Origin: Balanoglossus misakiensis
Lineage: Eukaryota > Animalia > Hemichordata
DNA length: 64,000 nucleotides
Direction of reading: 5' to 3'
NCBI GenBank assembly: GCA_040954595.2
Contig: CM082595.2
Coordinates: forward strand, 10,095,918-10,159,917
Both the position numbers and the translations under genes were made by a program. The notes beneath the pieces were generated by a model that worked only from the letters and a program-made list of their open reading frames with translations, did not search any database and had not been told where the DNA came from. Of the stretch, positions 13,657 to 24,836 are shown piece after piece; positions within the stretch are counted from its first letter, which is position 1, and each line of letters starts with the position of its first letter.

Positions 13657-16600
13657 ATGGCAACTGGAAACGACGAGATGTTCCACGTTCCAGCAGCACC
13701 AGGCCCTGTCTCCGTCAAGAGTAGCAGTTCATCAAAAACAGCTAGCTCAACAAGAGAAGAAAATTTAGTTCCCAAATTAAGGAGATCAATTATCGCTTAC
13801 CGCGGTCATATGACACGTATTTACATGGATGTAGAGACCATGTTAATGTCGTCGCCTGACTACCAAGCAGTTACCAAAAAGAAAGAAGACTTGGATAGGA
13901 TTTTTACTTCATATACAAATACTTGTTATGAATATCAGAAACATCTTTCAAGGTCCGAACAAGAAAGTGTACGACTTGAACACGAATCTGAAGTTAACAG
14001 AAAAGAGTGTCTGGAACAACGCCTGAAGAACTGGATTTCGTCTCATCGAATCACGATAACAACTCCGTCACGTGGGTTGGAGCCAGAAGTGCCACCAGCT
14101 TCACAAGAGGATGATGTCAACGGTTCAGCGGCTTCCAAAAATTCATGTCACTCTACCAAGGACCAGGTAAAATCTGTAAAAAAGAAATCACATAGTCAAA
14201 CGTCTTATGGAAATGGTAACCGGCAGACAAGTAATATATGTTCTTTATCGAGTTCAAAGGCAAGTCGAGCTTCAAGAATTGCAAGAAGGAAGATATTGGA
14301 AACCCAGCTTGAACTTGAAAAGATACAGCAAGAAGAAGAAGCCAAAGCCAAGCTTCGTGATCTGCGACTTCGAGAAGAAGAAATAAAGATGCAGTCAACA
14401 TTGAAGATTCTAGACGTTCAACAGAAGTTAAAACAGGCTGAAATGGAGGCTGAATTAGCAGAAGAGGGAACTTCGTTTCATTCCGAAGAATATTCTGTTG
14501 ATACAAGTGAAGCAAAGATGACCAGTCCAAGTGAGAAGATTGACAGGTATTTCCAGTCTTTTCAAGATTATCACCCCCATGTATTGTCGAGTGGTCCCCC
14601 AGTAGAAGTTTCCCAGTTCAACACAATAACAACTTTGCTTAAAGACAGACCGCTGTCCGAAAATGTGAAACAGTTGGAGGGCAATGTGGCAGCATTAAAT
14701 CCGAATGCACCAGAATGGCAGCCCGTGGACCACAATATTGGGGAACAACTTTATAGAAATGAACCAAGTCCATTGCGGGATGGGCAACACGAAATCCTAC
14801 AGAGTATGATAAGACAACAGAGTGAAGCCACGCAAGCACTTGTAACTAGTTTGAATTTGCCGAAGCGGGAATTCCTATCGTTTAATGGTGACCCAGTAGT
14901 GTACCCCACGTTCATCAGAAATTTTGAGATAAACATTGTAAAGGGAACAACCAATGATGGCACTAGATTGGCTTATCTCATCCAATACTGCACTGGACCA
15001 GCCAAAGAAGCAATCAAGAACTGTGTGATTCTACCTCCAGAACAAGGTTACACTGAAGCAAGGAAAATATTATACCAGAATTTCGGCCAGAAACACACGA
15101 TCGTCCATGCCACCATAGACAAAGTCGTCAAGGGACCACAGATCAAGGCCACGGACACATCAAAGTTGCTACAGTTGGCACGTGACATGAATAATTGTCA
15201 TATGTGTTCCAGCCAAATGAAATACACCGCTGATCTGAACTCCATGGATACATTGGAGAAGATAGTGAGACGCCTACCTACATTTCTACAAGGAGATTGG
15301 GCAAAAGAAGCTGGAAGAATGATTTACTCCGGTATTGAACCAGAATTCATCCATCTGACAGCGTTTTTGGAGAAGCGAGCAGCCTTGGCCAATACAAGAT
15401 TCGGGATGTTGGTTGGATCAAAACCAGAACCAGAGAGAGACGTAAAGTCCAGGGTCAAACAATTCACCAAGGCTACTACTTTGACCACACAAGTAAGTCA
15501 TGAAATGTACGGCAAGACGCAAGACAAACCCTACTGCCAATCCAAGAGAGAAATTAGATGTCTTTTCTGCCAAGGACAACACCAACTGCAGAGATGCCGG
15601 AAGTTTGCCAGGAAGTCGTTCATGGAGAAGAAAACGTTTGTGCGAAAACAGAACCTCTGTGATTGTTGTCTGGAAGCAACCCCTCGACACTTCGCTAAAA
15701 ACTGCAAAAGTGGATTGTTTTGTCCAGTAACTGACTGTGGAAGACTTCACCACCCATTACTACACCCAGTATCGTCACATCCTAGCCAGTCGTCAAATGA
15801 AGTGTATCCCAGTGGAAGTGGTAGACCAGCTCCACCCACAACACGTCTTGGGAAGAATAAAGACGAGAAAAGTGACGGGAATTCTGAAGTAACCAATGGG
15901 GCCGGTAACACCGTTCATTGTAAAGCAACCAGGACAAACAAGCCACGTATCAGCCTACAAGTTGTACCAGTCCGAGTAAGTGGAGTGGAGGGAGGAGCAG
16001 AGATTGAAACTTATGCATTCCTGGACAATGGTTCAGACACAACAATATGTCTCTCATCTCTAGCAGACAGACTTGGTTTGGGTGGACAACCCATTACATA
16101 TACACTTTCCACACTCGATGCTGAAACGAAGAAGTATGGACGTGAAGTTAAATTAGATGTACGAGGTCTACATAGAAATCAAAGTGTTCATCTTGATAAG
16201 GTATGGACGACGGACAAACTTCCCATAACGGCAAACAGTATACCAACAGCAGAGGATACGAAGGAATGGTCTCATCTGAAGGATGTTGAATTACCAGAAT
16301 TGCAGAACAAGGAAGTCACAATCCTGATCGGTAACGACATTCCAGAAGCACACTGGGTCCTGGAGGAAAGACGTGCCGGGAGAAAACAACCATACGCAAT
16401 CCGAACATTACTTGGATGGACGTTGATTGGGCCGATGAAAGGAAAGAAAGAAACCAACTCATCAATCAACTGTATCAATATGGACCAGATCATCGACAGT
16501 GATACTTCTATCAAAGGTATGGAGTCCATTTCATCACAATTGGAAAGGATGTACAATGCCGACTTCAACGAAAATCTAGTGGATACTAAAGAATGCATGT

Positions 16601-19600
16601 CATTAGAAGACCGAAGGGCAAAGGCGATAATGGATCGATCTGTCCGTCTACAAAATGGCCACTATCAGTTGAAGCTACCTTGGAAATTTGAAGAACCAGC
16701 CTTACCAAATAACAGGCATGTAGCTGAGAAACGACTCAACCTACTCAAAAGACGTCTACTTAAAGATCCAGATCTCCATGAAAAGTACAGTACAATTATA
16801 CAAGACTATATTGTACAAGGTCATGCAAAAGAAGTATCTGATGAAAACAAAGAAGACGATTATGGACGGTTATGGTACCTACCTCATCATCCGGTGACGC
16901 ATCCCATGAAACCAGAAAAGGTGAGAGTCGTCTTCGATTGTGCTGCCAAATGTGGAGGAACTTCACTGAACGATCAACTCCTGCAGGGTCCGGATTTGAC
17001 CAATTCCTTGGTTGGAGTCTTGCTACGGTTCCGTCAGTATCCTGTTGCAGTGGTTGCTGATATCAAGCAAATGTTTCACCAAGTTCATGTCGACCCCGAA
17101 GATTGTGATGTCCTGCGATTCCTATGGTGGCCTAACGGTGACCTCACGAAGGAGCCCGTCGATCATCAAATGCTTGTTCATTTGTTTGGCGCGACATCAT
17201 CACCTAGTTGTTCAGCATACGCCCTCCGGAGAACAGCTGATGACAATAGAAGTAACTTCGACTCGGACATCATAGATGCTGTCTACAGAAATTTCTACGT
17301 GGATGATTTCTTAAAATCAGTACTTGCCGTGGACACAGCCAAGAGACTCATCACTGAAGTTTCAGCTCTTTTGTCTAATGGTGGATTTCATCTGACCAAA
17401 TGGATTTCTAATTGCACAGAAGTATTGTCCTCCATCCCGTCAGAAGAAAGGGCGCCATCTGTGATGAATTTAGACCTGGAAGACTTACCAGTTGACAGAG
17501 CTCTTGGTGTACAATGGGACATTCAAGAAGATACTATGAGCTTCAGAGTTGGCAAGGAAAGTAAAAGTGAAACTCGAAGAGGGATTCTCTCAGTTGTAGC
17601 ATCTGTGTACGACCCACTAGGATTTGTTGCACCATTTGTATTGCCGGCTAAGCGCTTATTACAAGAATTATGCAAAGAAGGATGTGGATGGGATGAAGCC
17701 ATACCAGTGAAATATCTAGTTGTTTGGCGTGAATGGTTACAGAAGTTACCGATGTTAAAAGCCATGGTAATTCCACGGTGTTACACACCTCCAGGTTTTG
17801 GCCAGCCACAATCTATAGAAATTCATCATTTCTGCGATGCTTCAACGGAAGGATATGGGGTTGTTTCCTACCTACGGTTTACTGACAAAGGTGGTAACTT
17901 TCACTGCAGCCTCGTGACTGGCAAATCTAGAGTTGCTCCACTGAAGACCATTACAGTACCAAGATTGGAATTGACAGCAGCAACAGTGGCCGTTAACGTC
18001 AGCAAACAGATAAAAGAAGAACTTCAATTTCCTATCCATCGAGAGCGATTCTGGACAGACTCTACCATTGTTATACAATATATCTGCAGCTCAACAAGAC
18101 GCTTCAAGACCTTTGTAGCCAACCACCTACAACTAATACACGATGCAACACTACCGTCACAATGGCATCATGTTCCTTCACAACTCAATCCAGCTGATTG
18201 TGCCTCCCGAGGTATTACCTTGAAAGCCGCCAAAGCGAAGTCCAAACTGTGGTTCGAAGGTCCAGAATTTCTCTGGAAATCTGAAGGAAACTGGCCAACC
18301 CAACCTACCGACTTACCAAGAATATCGGATGAGGACAACGAATTGAAAATGGCAAAGGTATGCGCAGTGGTAAACAGCAACCAGACAGATGACACTGATA
18401 TCATCCATTCGTTAATTCACAGATTTTCGTCATGGTACAAACTTTGCAAATCTGTCGCTTGGATTTTACGATACAAGAAGTATCTCCGAGCTCGCATTGA
18501 GAATGGCGGAAATGGTAAAGTTCCGGTTGGTGCTCTAACGGTGTCAGAAGTGTCCGATGCTACCTTAGAAGTCATTAGAGTCGTTCAACGGAAAGCGTTT
18601 CCTAAGGAAATATCAACACAGTTGAAGAATCCAAGCAGAAAACCAGATTCTGAAGGATATACCAGTCCACTTTGCAGACTCAGTCCAATCTACAAAGATG
18701 GCATTATACACGTTGGTGGAAGACTAAACAACGCCCCCATAGATGAAACCACAAAACATCCTATTATTCTACCCCATAATCATCAAGTGACCGAATTAAT
18801 TGTTCAGTTTTTCCATGAGCAGGAAGGTCACGTAGGAACCACCCATGTGTTATCCAGAATCCGAAAAGAATATTGGATTTTGAGAGGCCAAGCTACTGTC
18901 AGAAGAATTCCAACCCCAAGAGTTACTCCAGGTGAGAGTGCATTTGCTGCAGTGGGAATCGACTTCTTTGGTCCTCCGAAAGTCAAGTGGAGAAGAGGAA
19001 CGTCCAAACGATACGGATGTATATTCACCTGTCTCGCCATACGAGCTGTGCATATTGAAGTCACCCACAGTTTATCCACAGATTCATTTATTCAGGCAGT
19101 ATGGAGATTTGTCAGCAGACGTGGTCCACCAAAAACGGTATACAGTGACAACGGAACAAATTTCCGGGGAGCGGAAACTGAAATCAAAGAAGCTCTAGCG
19201 AGTTGGAATCAAGAGAAGATAACTGATAGTCTACGCAAGAGGGATATCCAATGGTATTTCAATGCACCCGCAGCCAGTCATACTGGAGGAGTTTGGGAAA
19301 GGATGATACGTTCAGTGCGGAAAATCCTACGAGCACTCGTTGGAAACCAACTAATTGACGACGAAACTTTACTTACTGTCTTGGCGGAGGTGGAGAAGAT
19401 TATCAATGATCGACCTTTGACCCGTCAATCAGATGACCCGAATGACCTTGAAGCACTGACGCCTAATAGCCTGTTACTACTGAGGCCGAATCCATGCACA
19501 TCTCCTGCAGACACTGTCACGACCAGTACAGCTAATCACAGAAGGAACCAAGCTAATCTCATAGCGAACTCGTTTTGGAAACGATGGCTACACGAATACC

Positions 19601-19848
19601 TGCCTTCCCTTCAGCAGAGACAGAAGTGGTTGAAGCCCAAGAGAAATCTGACTGTTGGAGATTTGGTTATCGTGGTAGAGGAAAATATCCCAAGAGGACA
19701 GTGGTCAAAAGGACTAGTTCAGCAAACTTACCCAGATCAGTACGGCAATGTGCGCCAGGTCCTAGTGAAGACTGAAACAGGAAGATTGCGTAGAGATGTT
19801 CGCAAACTGTGCTTGCTTGAGGAAAGTAGTACACGTATTACACCATAA
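13657..19848 (+). CDS. BEL/Pao Gag-Pol polyprotein (Gag with three Cys/His knuckles, aspartic protease, RT, RNase H, integrase)
   Basis: 2063-aa ORF. Gag knuckles CLFCQGQHQLQRC, CDCC..H....C and CPVTDCGRLHHPLLH; protease AFLDNGS; RT KVRVVFDC and NFYVDD; RNase H FCDAS, WTDS and NPAD; integrase GIDFFGP, SDNGTNF and WERMIRSV; C-terminal FWKRW..EYL. Confidence 0.95.
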   Translation: MATGNDEMFHVPAAPGPVSVKSSSSSKTASSTREENLVPKLRRSIIAYRGHMTRIYMDVETMLMSSPDYQAVTKKKEDLDRIFTSYTNTCYEYQKHLSRSEQESVRLEHESEVNRKECLEQRLKNWISSHRITITTPSRGLEPEVPPASQEDDVNGSAASKNSCHSTKDQVKSVKKKSHSQTSYGNGNRQTSNICSLSSSKASRASRIARRKILETQLELEKIQQEEEAKAKLRDLRLREEEIKMQSTLKILDVQQKLKQAEMEAELAEEGTSFHSEEYSVDTSEAKMTSPSEKIDRYFQSFQDYHPHVLSSGPPVEVSQFNTITTLLKDRPLSENVKQLEGNVAALNPNAPEWQPVDHNIGEQLYRNEPSPLRDGQHEILQSMIRQQSEATQALVTSLNLPKREFLSFNGDPVVYPTFIRNFEINIVKGTTNDGTRLAYLIQYCTGPAKEAIKNCVILPPEQGYTEARKILYQNFGQKHTIVHATIDKVVKGPQIKATDTSKLLQLARDMNNCHMCSSQMKYTADLNSMDTLEKIVRRLPTFLQGDWAKEAGRMIYSGIEPEFIHLTAFLEKRAALANTRFGMLVGSKPEPERDVKSRVKQFTKATTLTTQVSHEMYGKTQDKPYCQSKREIRCLFCQGQHQLQRCRKFARKSFMEKKTFVRKQNLCDCCLEATPRHFAKNCKSGLFCPVTDCGRLHHPLLHPVSSHPSQSSNEVYPSGSGRPAPPTTRLGKNKDEKSDGNSEVTNGAGNTVHCKATRTNKPRISLQVVPVRVSGVEGGAEIETYAFLDNGSDTTICLSSLADRLGLGGQPITYTLSTLDAETKKYGREVKLDVRGLHRNQSVHLDKVWTTDKLPITANSIPTAEDTKEWSHLKDVELPELQNKEVTILIGNDIPEAHWVLEERRAGRKQPYAIRTLLGWTLIGPMKGKKETNSSINCINMDQIIDSDTSIKGMESISSQLERMYNADFNENLVDTKECMSLEDRRAKAIMDRSVRLQNGHYQLKLPWKFEEPALPNNRHVAEKRLNLLKRRLLKDPDLHEKYSTIIQDYIVQGHAKEVSDENKEDDYGRLWYLPHHPVTHPMKPEKVRVVFDCAAKCGGTSLNDQLLQGPDLTNSLVGVLLRFRQYPVAVVADIKQMFHQVHVDPEDCDVLRFLWWPNGDLTKEPVDHQMLVHLFGATSSPSCSAYALRRTADDNRSNFDSDIIDAVYRNFYVDDFLKSVLAVDTAKRLITEVSALLSNGGFHLTKWISNCTEVLSSIPSEERAPSVMNLDLEDLPVDRALGVQWDIQEDTMSFRVGKESKSETRRGILSVVASVYDPLGFVAPFVLPAKRLLQELCKEGCGWDEAIPVKYLVVWREWLQKLPMLKAMVIPRCYTPPGFGQPQSIEIHHFCDASTEGYGVVSYLRFTDKGGNFHCSLVTGKSRVAPLKTITVPRLELTAATVAVNVSKQIKEELQFPIHRERFWTDSTIVIQYICSSTRRFKTFVANHLQLIHDATLPSQWHHVPSQLNPADCASRGITLKAAKAKSKLWFEGPEFLWKSEGNWPTQPTDLPRISDEDNELKMAKVCAVVNSNQTDDTDIIHSLIHRFSSWYKLCKSVAWILRYKKYLRARIENGGNGKVPVGALTVSEVSDATLEVIRVVQRKAFPKEISTQLKNPSRKPDSEGYTSPLCRLSPIYKDGIIHVGGRLNNAPIDETTKHPIILPHNHQVTELIVQFFHEQEGHVGTTHVLSRIRKEYWILRGQATVRRIPTPRVTPGESAFAAVGIDFFGPPKVKWRRGTSKRYGCIFTCLAIRAVHIEVTHSLSTDSFIQAVWRFVSRRGPPKTVYSDNGTNFRGAETEIKEALASWNQEKITDSLRKRDIQWYFNAPAASHTGGVWERMIRSVRKILRALVGNQLIDDETLLTVLAEVEKIINDRPLTRQSDDPNDLEALTPNSLLLLRPNPCTSPADTVTTSTANHRRNQANLIANSFWKRWLHEYLPSLQQRQKWLKPKRNLTVGDLVIVVEENIPRGQWSKGLVQQTYPDQYGNVRQVLVKTETGRLRRDVRKLCLLEESSTRITP

Positions 19849-19886
19849 TTAATTAGTAATAGCATATCTGGAATTCGTAATTTAAA

Positions 19887-20785
19887 TCACGCCGTAGGAA
19901 ATCTGACTTGATCAACGTGGTCAATGTACGCCTGTTTCTGCTCTAGAGTGCCGGGGCTTCAGCTGAGCCAGGCCGTAGGAAACCCGACGTGATTACCGTT
20001 GTTAACTTACGCCAGTCTGTGTCCTATATATAGTGCCGGGGCATCAGCTGTGCCAGGCCGAAGGAAATGTGAATAGATCAACGTGGTCTCTGTACGCGTG
20101 TTTCTGCTCTAGAGTGCCAGGGCTTTAGCCAAGCCATGCCATAGGAAATCTGACTTGATCAACGTTGCTAACGAACGCTAGTGTATGTCATGGTGTGCCG
20201 GGGTTTTAGTCGAGCCAGGCCGTAGGAAATCTGACTTGATCATCGTGGTCAATGTACGCGTGTTTCCACTCTAAAGTGCCGGGGCTTCAGCTAAACCAGG
20301 CCGTAGGAAATCTGACTTGATCACCGTTGCTAACGTACGCTAGTGTCTGTCATATTGTGACGGAGATTTAGCCGAGCCAGGCCGTAGAAAAATCGACTTG
20401 TTCAACGTTACCAGTGTGCAACTGTTTCTGCTCTAGAGTAACTGGGTTTTAGCCGACTTATGCTGTAGGAAATGTGAGTTGATGAACGGGAATTCAATGT
20501 TAGAAAACCCGTGTGGAAAGTATCTCTACCCGTTTGAAACTAAGAAAAGAATTTATTCTTATTTATTTTGTAAAAAAGACAATTTTTCGAAAAAAAGTCG
20601 AAAATGGTAATTTTGTCTTGGGTGATTCAAATTATACCGCCTTTTCTGGAATTTGCAGCACTTTCTACAAGAGAACGACACTTCATGCTCCATAATATTT
20701 CCGAAAATGAAGAAAAGAGTTAATTTTTTATGATTTTTTAAAAATTTACCATTTTTGTCAAAATATGGCCAAAATGGCTATTTTT
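19887..20785. repeat. Composite macrosatellite, orientation B
   Basis: 81-bp monomers followed by the start of the AT-rich part, interrupted at 'ggctattttt'. Confidence 0.95.
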
Positions 20786-20835
20786 AGCTCGGCTGTCACT
20801 TGTGTCAGCTGAGCTGTAGCAGTAGGTTGATTAGT

Positions 20836-20895
20836 GTCCGTCCGTCGTCCGTCGTCTGTCATCCGTCGTCCGTCGTCCGTCGTCCGTCGTCCGTC
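20836..20895 (+). repeat. (GTCCGTC)n microsatellite of HINE family A
   Basis: Directly visible heptamer-type repeat. Confidence 0.9.
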
Positions 20896-20910
20896 AACTT
20901 TTGGTATTTC

Positions 20911-21570
20911 AATCTTCTTCTTTAAAACAACTTGGCATATTTAGCTGAAATTTGGTTGGAATGTGTGTTATGGTGCCCTTCACTGATTTTGTTAATTTGG
21001 ACTTGGTGGGGTCATGAATATGCAAATTAGATCTAAAAATAGAATTTTTGGTAAAAATCTTCTTCTCCACAACTACATGTACAATGGAGCTGAAATTTGG
21101 TAGGAATGTGTGTTATGGGGCCCCTACCTGATTTTGTAAATTTGGATTTGATGGGGTCATTAATATGCAAATTAGATCTAAAAATAGAATTTTTGGTAAA
21201 AAATCTTCTTCTCCACAACTACATGTACAATGGAGCTGAAATTTGGTAGGAATGTGTGTTATGGGGCCCCTACCTGATTTTGTAAATTTGGATTTGATGG
21301 GGTCATTAATATGCAAATTAGATCTAAAAATAGAATTTTTTGTAAAAAATATTTTTCTCCATAACTACATGTACGATAGAGCTGAAATTTGGTAGGAATG
21401 TGTGTTATGGTGTCCCTACCTGATTTTGTTAATTTGGATTTGATGGGGTCATAAATATGCAAATAAGATCTAAAAATAGATTTTTTGGTAAAAAATCTTC
21501 TTCCTAACTACATGTACGATGGAGCTGAAATTTGGTAGGAATGTATGTTATGGTGTCCCTACCTGATTTT
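20911..21570 (+). repeat. ~146-bp tandem repeat inside the HINE (about 4.5 units; resumes at 23554-23615)
   Basis: 'aatcttcttc' recurs at ~20911, 21057, 21203 and 21494, with a variant at ~21349. Confidence 0.92.
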
Positions 21571-23553
21571 TAGTCTTCGGACTGAGCGCGCAAAGTGGGC
21601 GTGTCCATTATCACTCATTAAGTATTCAAAAAGGCTGACTACGCTGTCGAGTGTCCGGAAAATTATGGTCGGAAACAGAAATTACAAGTCGCAGTGTCTC
21701 CAACACGAAAAAAATCCAGCGAGCTTAGCTTTTAACAAAGAACTGACATTAAGTTCCTTACTCGCTGTGACAAATCCAAAAACCGACGTGATTTTTTTAC
21801 AAAAATTAACTCAGAAAAAACATCAACACTTGAATTTACCAGCCCCGCACTGCAAATTGCATGGCGATGCCTATGGAACTGACCAAAATTTGACATATCG
21901 TGGTTGCTAAAATGGTGCTGGTGCAATATTTCAGCATATGCAGCAAGCAGCGAAACCTGCCGATTCCCAGACGACTTTCTCTGACCAATGAACCTCAATT
22001 GAATGACGAGAAACCACAATTTCTCAATGACTTTCAGTCTGCCGACTGATGACCCCAAAATGTTATGACCTTTTGAATACGCCAACCAGTGGGTGTCATT
22101 TAGTGCACGTGATATGCTAAATAGCGTTACTATTTCTATGGCGCCATGGTAACGTAAACAACATGCGTCAATCTCCCGCCAAGAAAGGCAAGGCTTCACG
22201 CTTTTGCTCAAAGTTTATTCGATACATCTAAGTTTGTTGTAAACAAATATCTGAATATTTATATATAAGATCATGTCAGTTATGAGTATATCTACCCACC
22301 CATTGATCAATGATGCTGTCATCAGGCTTGAACGTCATGAAAGGGGCGTTGATATCTCTGTGTCAGAGACTGACCCATGTGATTAGGGTACACACATGGG
22401 CTCTAGTGGGGTAATTCTGCATGTAATCGCGGTTCTTACGGAAGTCAGAGGAAGTAAATATGCGTGTTTGTTCCAGATGCGTCTCTTTTTTCGCTGTTGG
22501 AGTCTTATTTTGGCTGATTGCGGGATACATGACTGCAAGCACTTCCCTTGAAATTGGTGTTAAATTCACAATACCGTTGAAAAACGACATGGTGCTTGCA
22601 TCCACGCGAGGTATCTGTGTTCGATCGGTGTGATTACGAAATAACAACATGTATCGTAAGTATTTTGGGCACTGCGGACGGTCGTACCTGATAAATTATT
22701 GATTGAAGGCCCACAAACATTCATAACCAAAATATCGACAAACTACGTTTTATGCCTCACTTCGAGTGGCTGCATATTTTTTTAGAGGCTTAGCACTAGC
22801 TAAAATAGGTTCGTATGATAACAATAAAGTATCTATGACCCCAGAAATTCGAGTTTGAATAGTTTTCACTCTTTGGATGAAAAGGCACAAAAAATCAAAC
22901 AAATCACTGCATTTTCACCCAAAAACAGTGTGTGCCAGGAAGACCCTGTCAGAAAGTGTGGAATTTACGGGTAAGATGTTCTGGACGAAAAAATGAGCAT
23001 AAGAGGTGATGAGTGATTAAAATAAACACTCTGCATGACATTTGCGTCTGGATTTTTTTTACTACGACACGGCAAAATCGCGGTATTTTGCTACAAAATC
23101 GCCAATTTAACAACAACAATTGGAGACGTCCCACAGTCTCTATTCAGTCGTTGATCATGATATACGATAGTTTCCAACAAAGTTCTAATGAAATAGAGTA
23201 TATACCACGTTTTTTCTCGTCCATTGAAGCTTTGGATGAAAAGGCACAAAAAATCAAAGTTGGTATATGCCTCTGAAGGCTAAAATAGAAGGGGTCAAAG
23301 GTAACTCTTTTATTTTTATTTTTCGCAAATCTACCGAATTCATCTCTTTGATTCTCTTATTGCTTTATTTCAATAATTTTCACAAAGATAACGAAATCTG
23401 TCAAGTACACTCAAAACATGGAAAAAAATGGATTGAAATCTCTCCACGTACGCTGGGTTCTTGGCCGCCATAACAGAGGTCAATGAGTGCTGAAATTTCC
23501 CAGCATGCTTTGCGGTGTTTTGATAATGGGAATCGCGCTCAGTCCGAAGACTA
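21571..23553. mobile_element. Non-autonomous TIR DNA transposon, Academ-like
   Basis: Perfect 20-bp TIRs TAGTCTTCGGACTGAGCGCG / CGCGCTCAGTCCGAAGACTA and a TTTT duplication (empty site cctgattttgttaa). TAG termini with a 3-4 bp TSD fit Academ. No transposase ORF is present. Confidence 0.8.
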
Positions 23554-23615
23554 TTTTGTTAATTTGGATTTGATGGGGTCATCAATATGCAAATTAGATC
23601 TAAAAATAGAATTTT

Positions 23616-24702
23616 ATGGGGTCAAAAAAATTTGCCCAAATTTTGGGTGACCTCAGATGACCTTTGACCTACTTTCCTATATCTCGGCATACAGAGCAGG
23701 TACAGACTTGGCGTTTTGAGGGTTGGGGCTAAAATTTAAAAGCCGAAATGGGGGTCACCTGTGACACATGCATATCTCATTAATTATGCACATACCTAAT
23801 TCTAGGCTAACCAATAGGGCTATAGGTTTTGTTTTTGTTGAACATGGACAATTATGGGGTCAAAATTTCTTGCCCAAATTTTTGGTGACCTTAGGTGACC
23901 TTTGACCTACTTTACCATATCTCTGTATCCAGAGCAGGTACAGCCTTGGTATTTGGAAGGATGGAACTCCTAATGGAGTCTTACACTTTACCTCATTAAT
24001 TATGTGCATACCTAATTCTAGGCGAACCAATAAGGCTAGAGGTCTGGTTTTTGTTGGACCTGGATTAGTAAAGGGTCAAAATTTCTTGCCCAAATTTTGG
24101 GTGACCTTAGGTAGCCTTTGACCTACTTTACCATATCTCGGTATCCAGAGCAGGTACAGCCTTGGTATTTGGAGGGATGGAACTCCTAATGGAGTCTTAC
24201 ACTTTACCTCATTAATTATGTACATACCTAATTCTAGGCGAACCAATAAGGCTAGAGGTCTGGTTTTTGTTGGACCTGGATAAGTATAGGGTCAAAATTT
24301 CTTGCCCAAATTTTGGTGACCTTTGACATTCTTCTGCATAACTCGGCACCCAGAGTAGGTACAGTACGGATGGGACCAAAATAAGAAACCAAATTTAAAG
24401 GTCACCTGTGACACCTACTTAACTCATTAAGTATGTGCATACCTAATTCCAGGCTAACTAATAGGGGTTGAGGTTTCGTTCTTGTGGGACATGGACCAGT
24501 ATAGGGTCAAAATTATTACCCAAATTTCTGGTGACCTCACATGACCTTTGATGTAAATATGACGGAAATGCGAAATACTACATAAATTAAAAGTCTGCTG
24601 ACTTTATATTTGGTAAGAATAAGCACACACCTGTAATGATTACCGCTATGTGCTATGTGCAATGTTGGCTTGTGCCCGCTATTGCTGCTTGGCAGCTATA
24701 TT
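23616..24702 (+). mobile_element. 3' part of a second HINE (related to family B) embedded in the family A element
   Basis: ~210-240-bp repeats similar to the reverse complement of those in 43.5-51.3 kb. It ends in ggcttgtgcccgctattgctgcttggcagctatatt, a diverged version of the family B 3' end gcttgggcccggacaatgctgcttgcagctttaatt. Confidence 0.7.
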
Positions 24703-24836
24703 GATGTCTATGTTTGGTTTTGTTTAATAGAATACAATTGTTATAAATTAAAACCTATGGTATTCTGTATTCATATCATTGCCCAGGTTACACTGTTAAA
24801 GTCAGCAGAGCTCTTTTGACCAATAGGTCACTTGTT

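Larger units (their letters stand above)
12951..19886 (+). mobile_element. BEL/Pao LTR retrotransposon, 3' LTR missing
   Basis: Starts TGTAAG immediately after satellite 'atagagccgg' and carries a single Gag-Pol ORF in BEL domain order. The satellite resumes at 'tcacgccgtagg' (19887), 38 bp after the stop codon. Confidence 0.95.
20783..24836 (+). mobile_element. Non-autonomous Helentron (HINE/DINE-1-like), family A
   Basis: 5' TTT-AGCTCGGCTGTC subTIR with nearby inverted copy GTCAGCTGAGCT, (GTCC/GTC)n microsatellite, internal tandem repeats, 3' subTIR GTCAGCAGAGCT, hairpin TGACC-aata-GGTCA and end CTTGTT. Inserted in a T-run of the satellite without a TSD. Confidence 0.85.

Noticed and set aside
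14153-19775. Antisense and alternative-frame ORFs overlapping the BEL polyprotein
   Set aside because: Short shadow ORFs with no motifs, expected by chance opposite a long coding frame.
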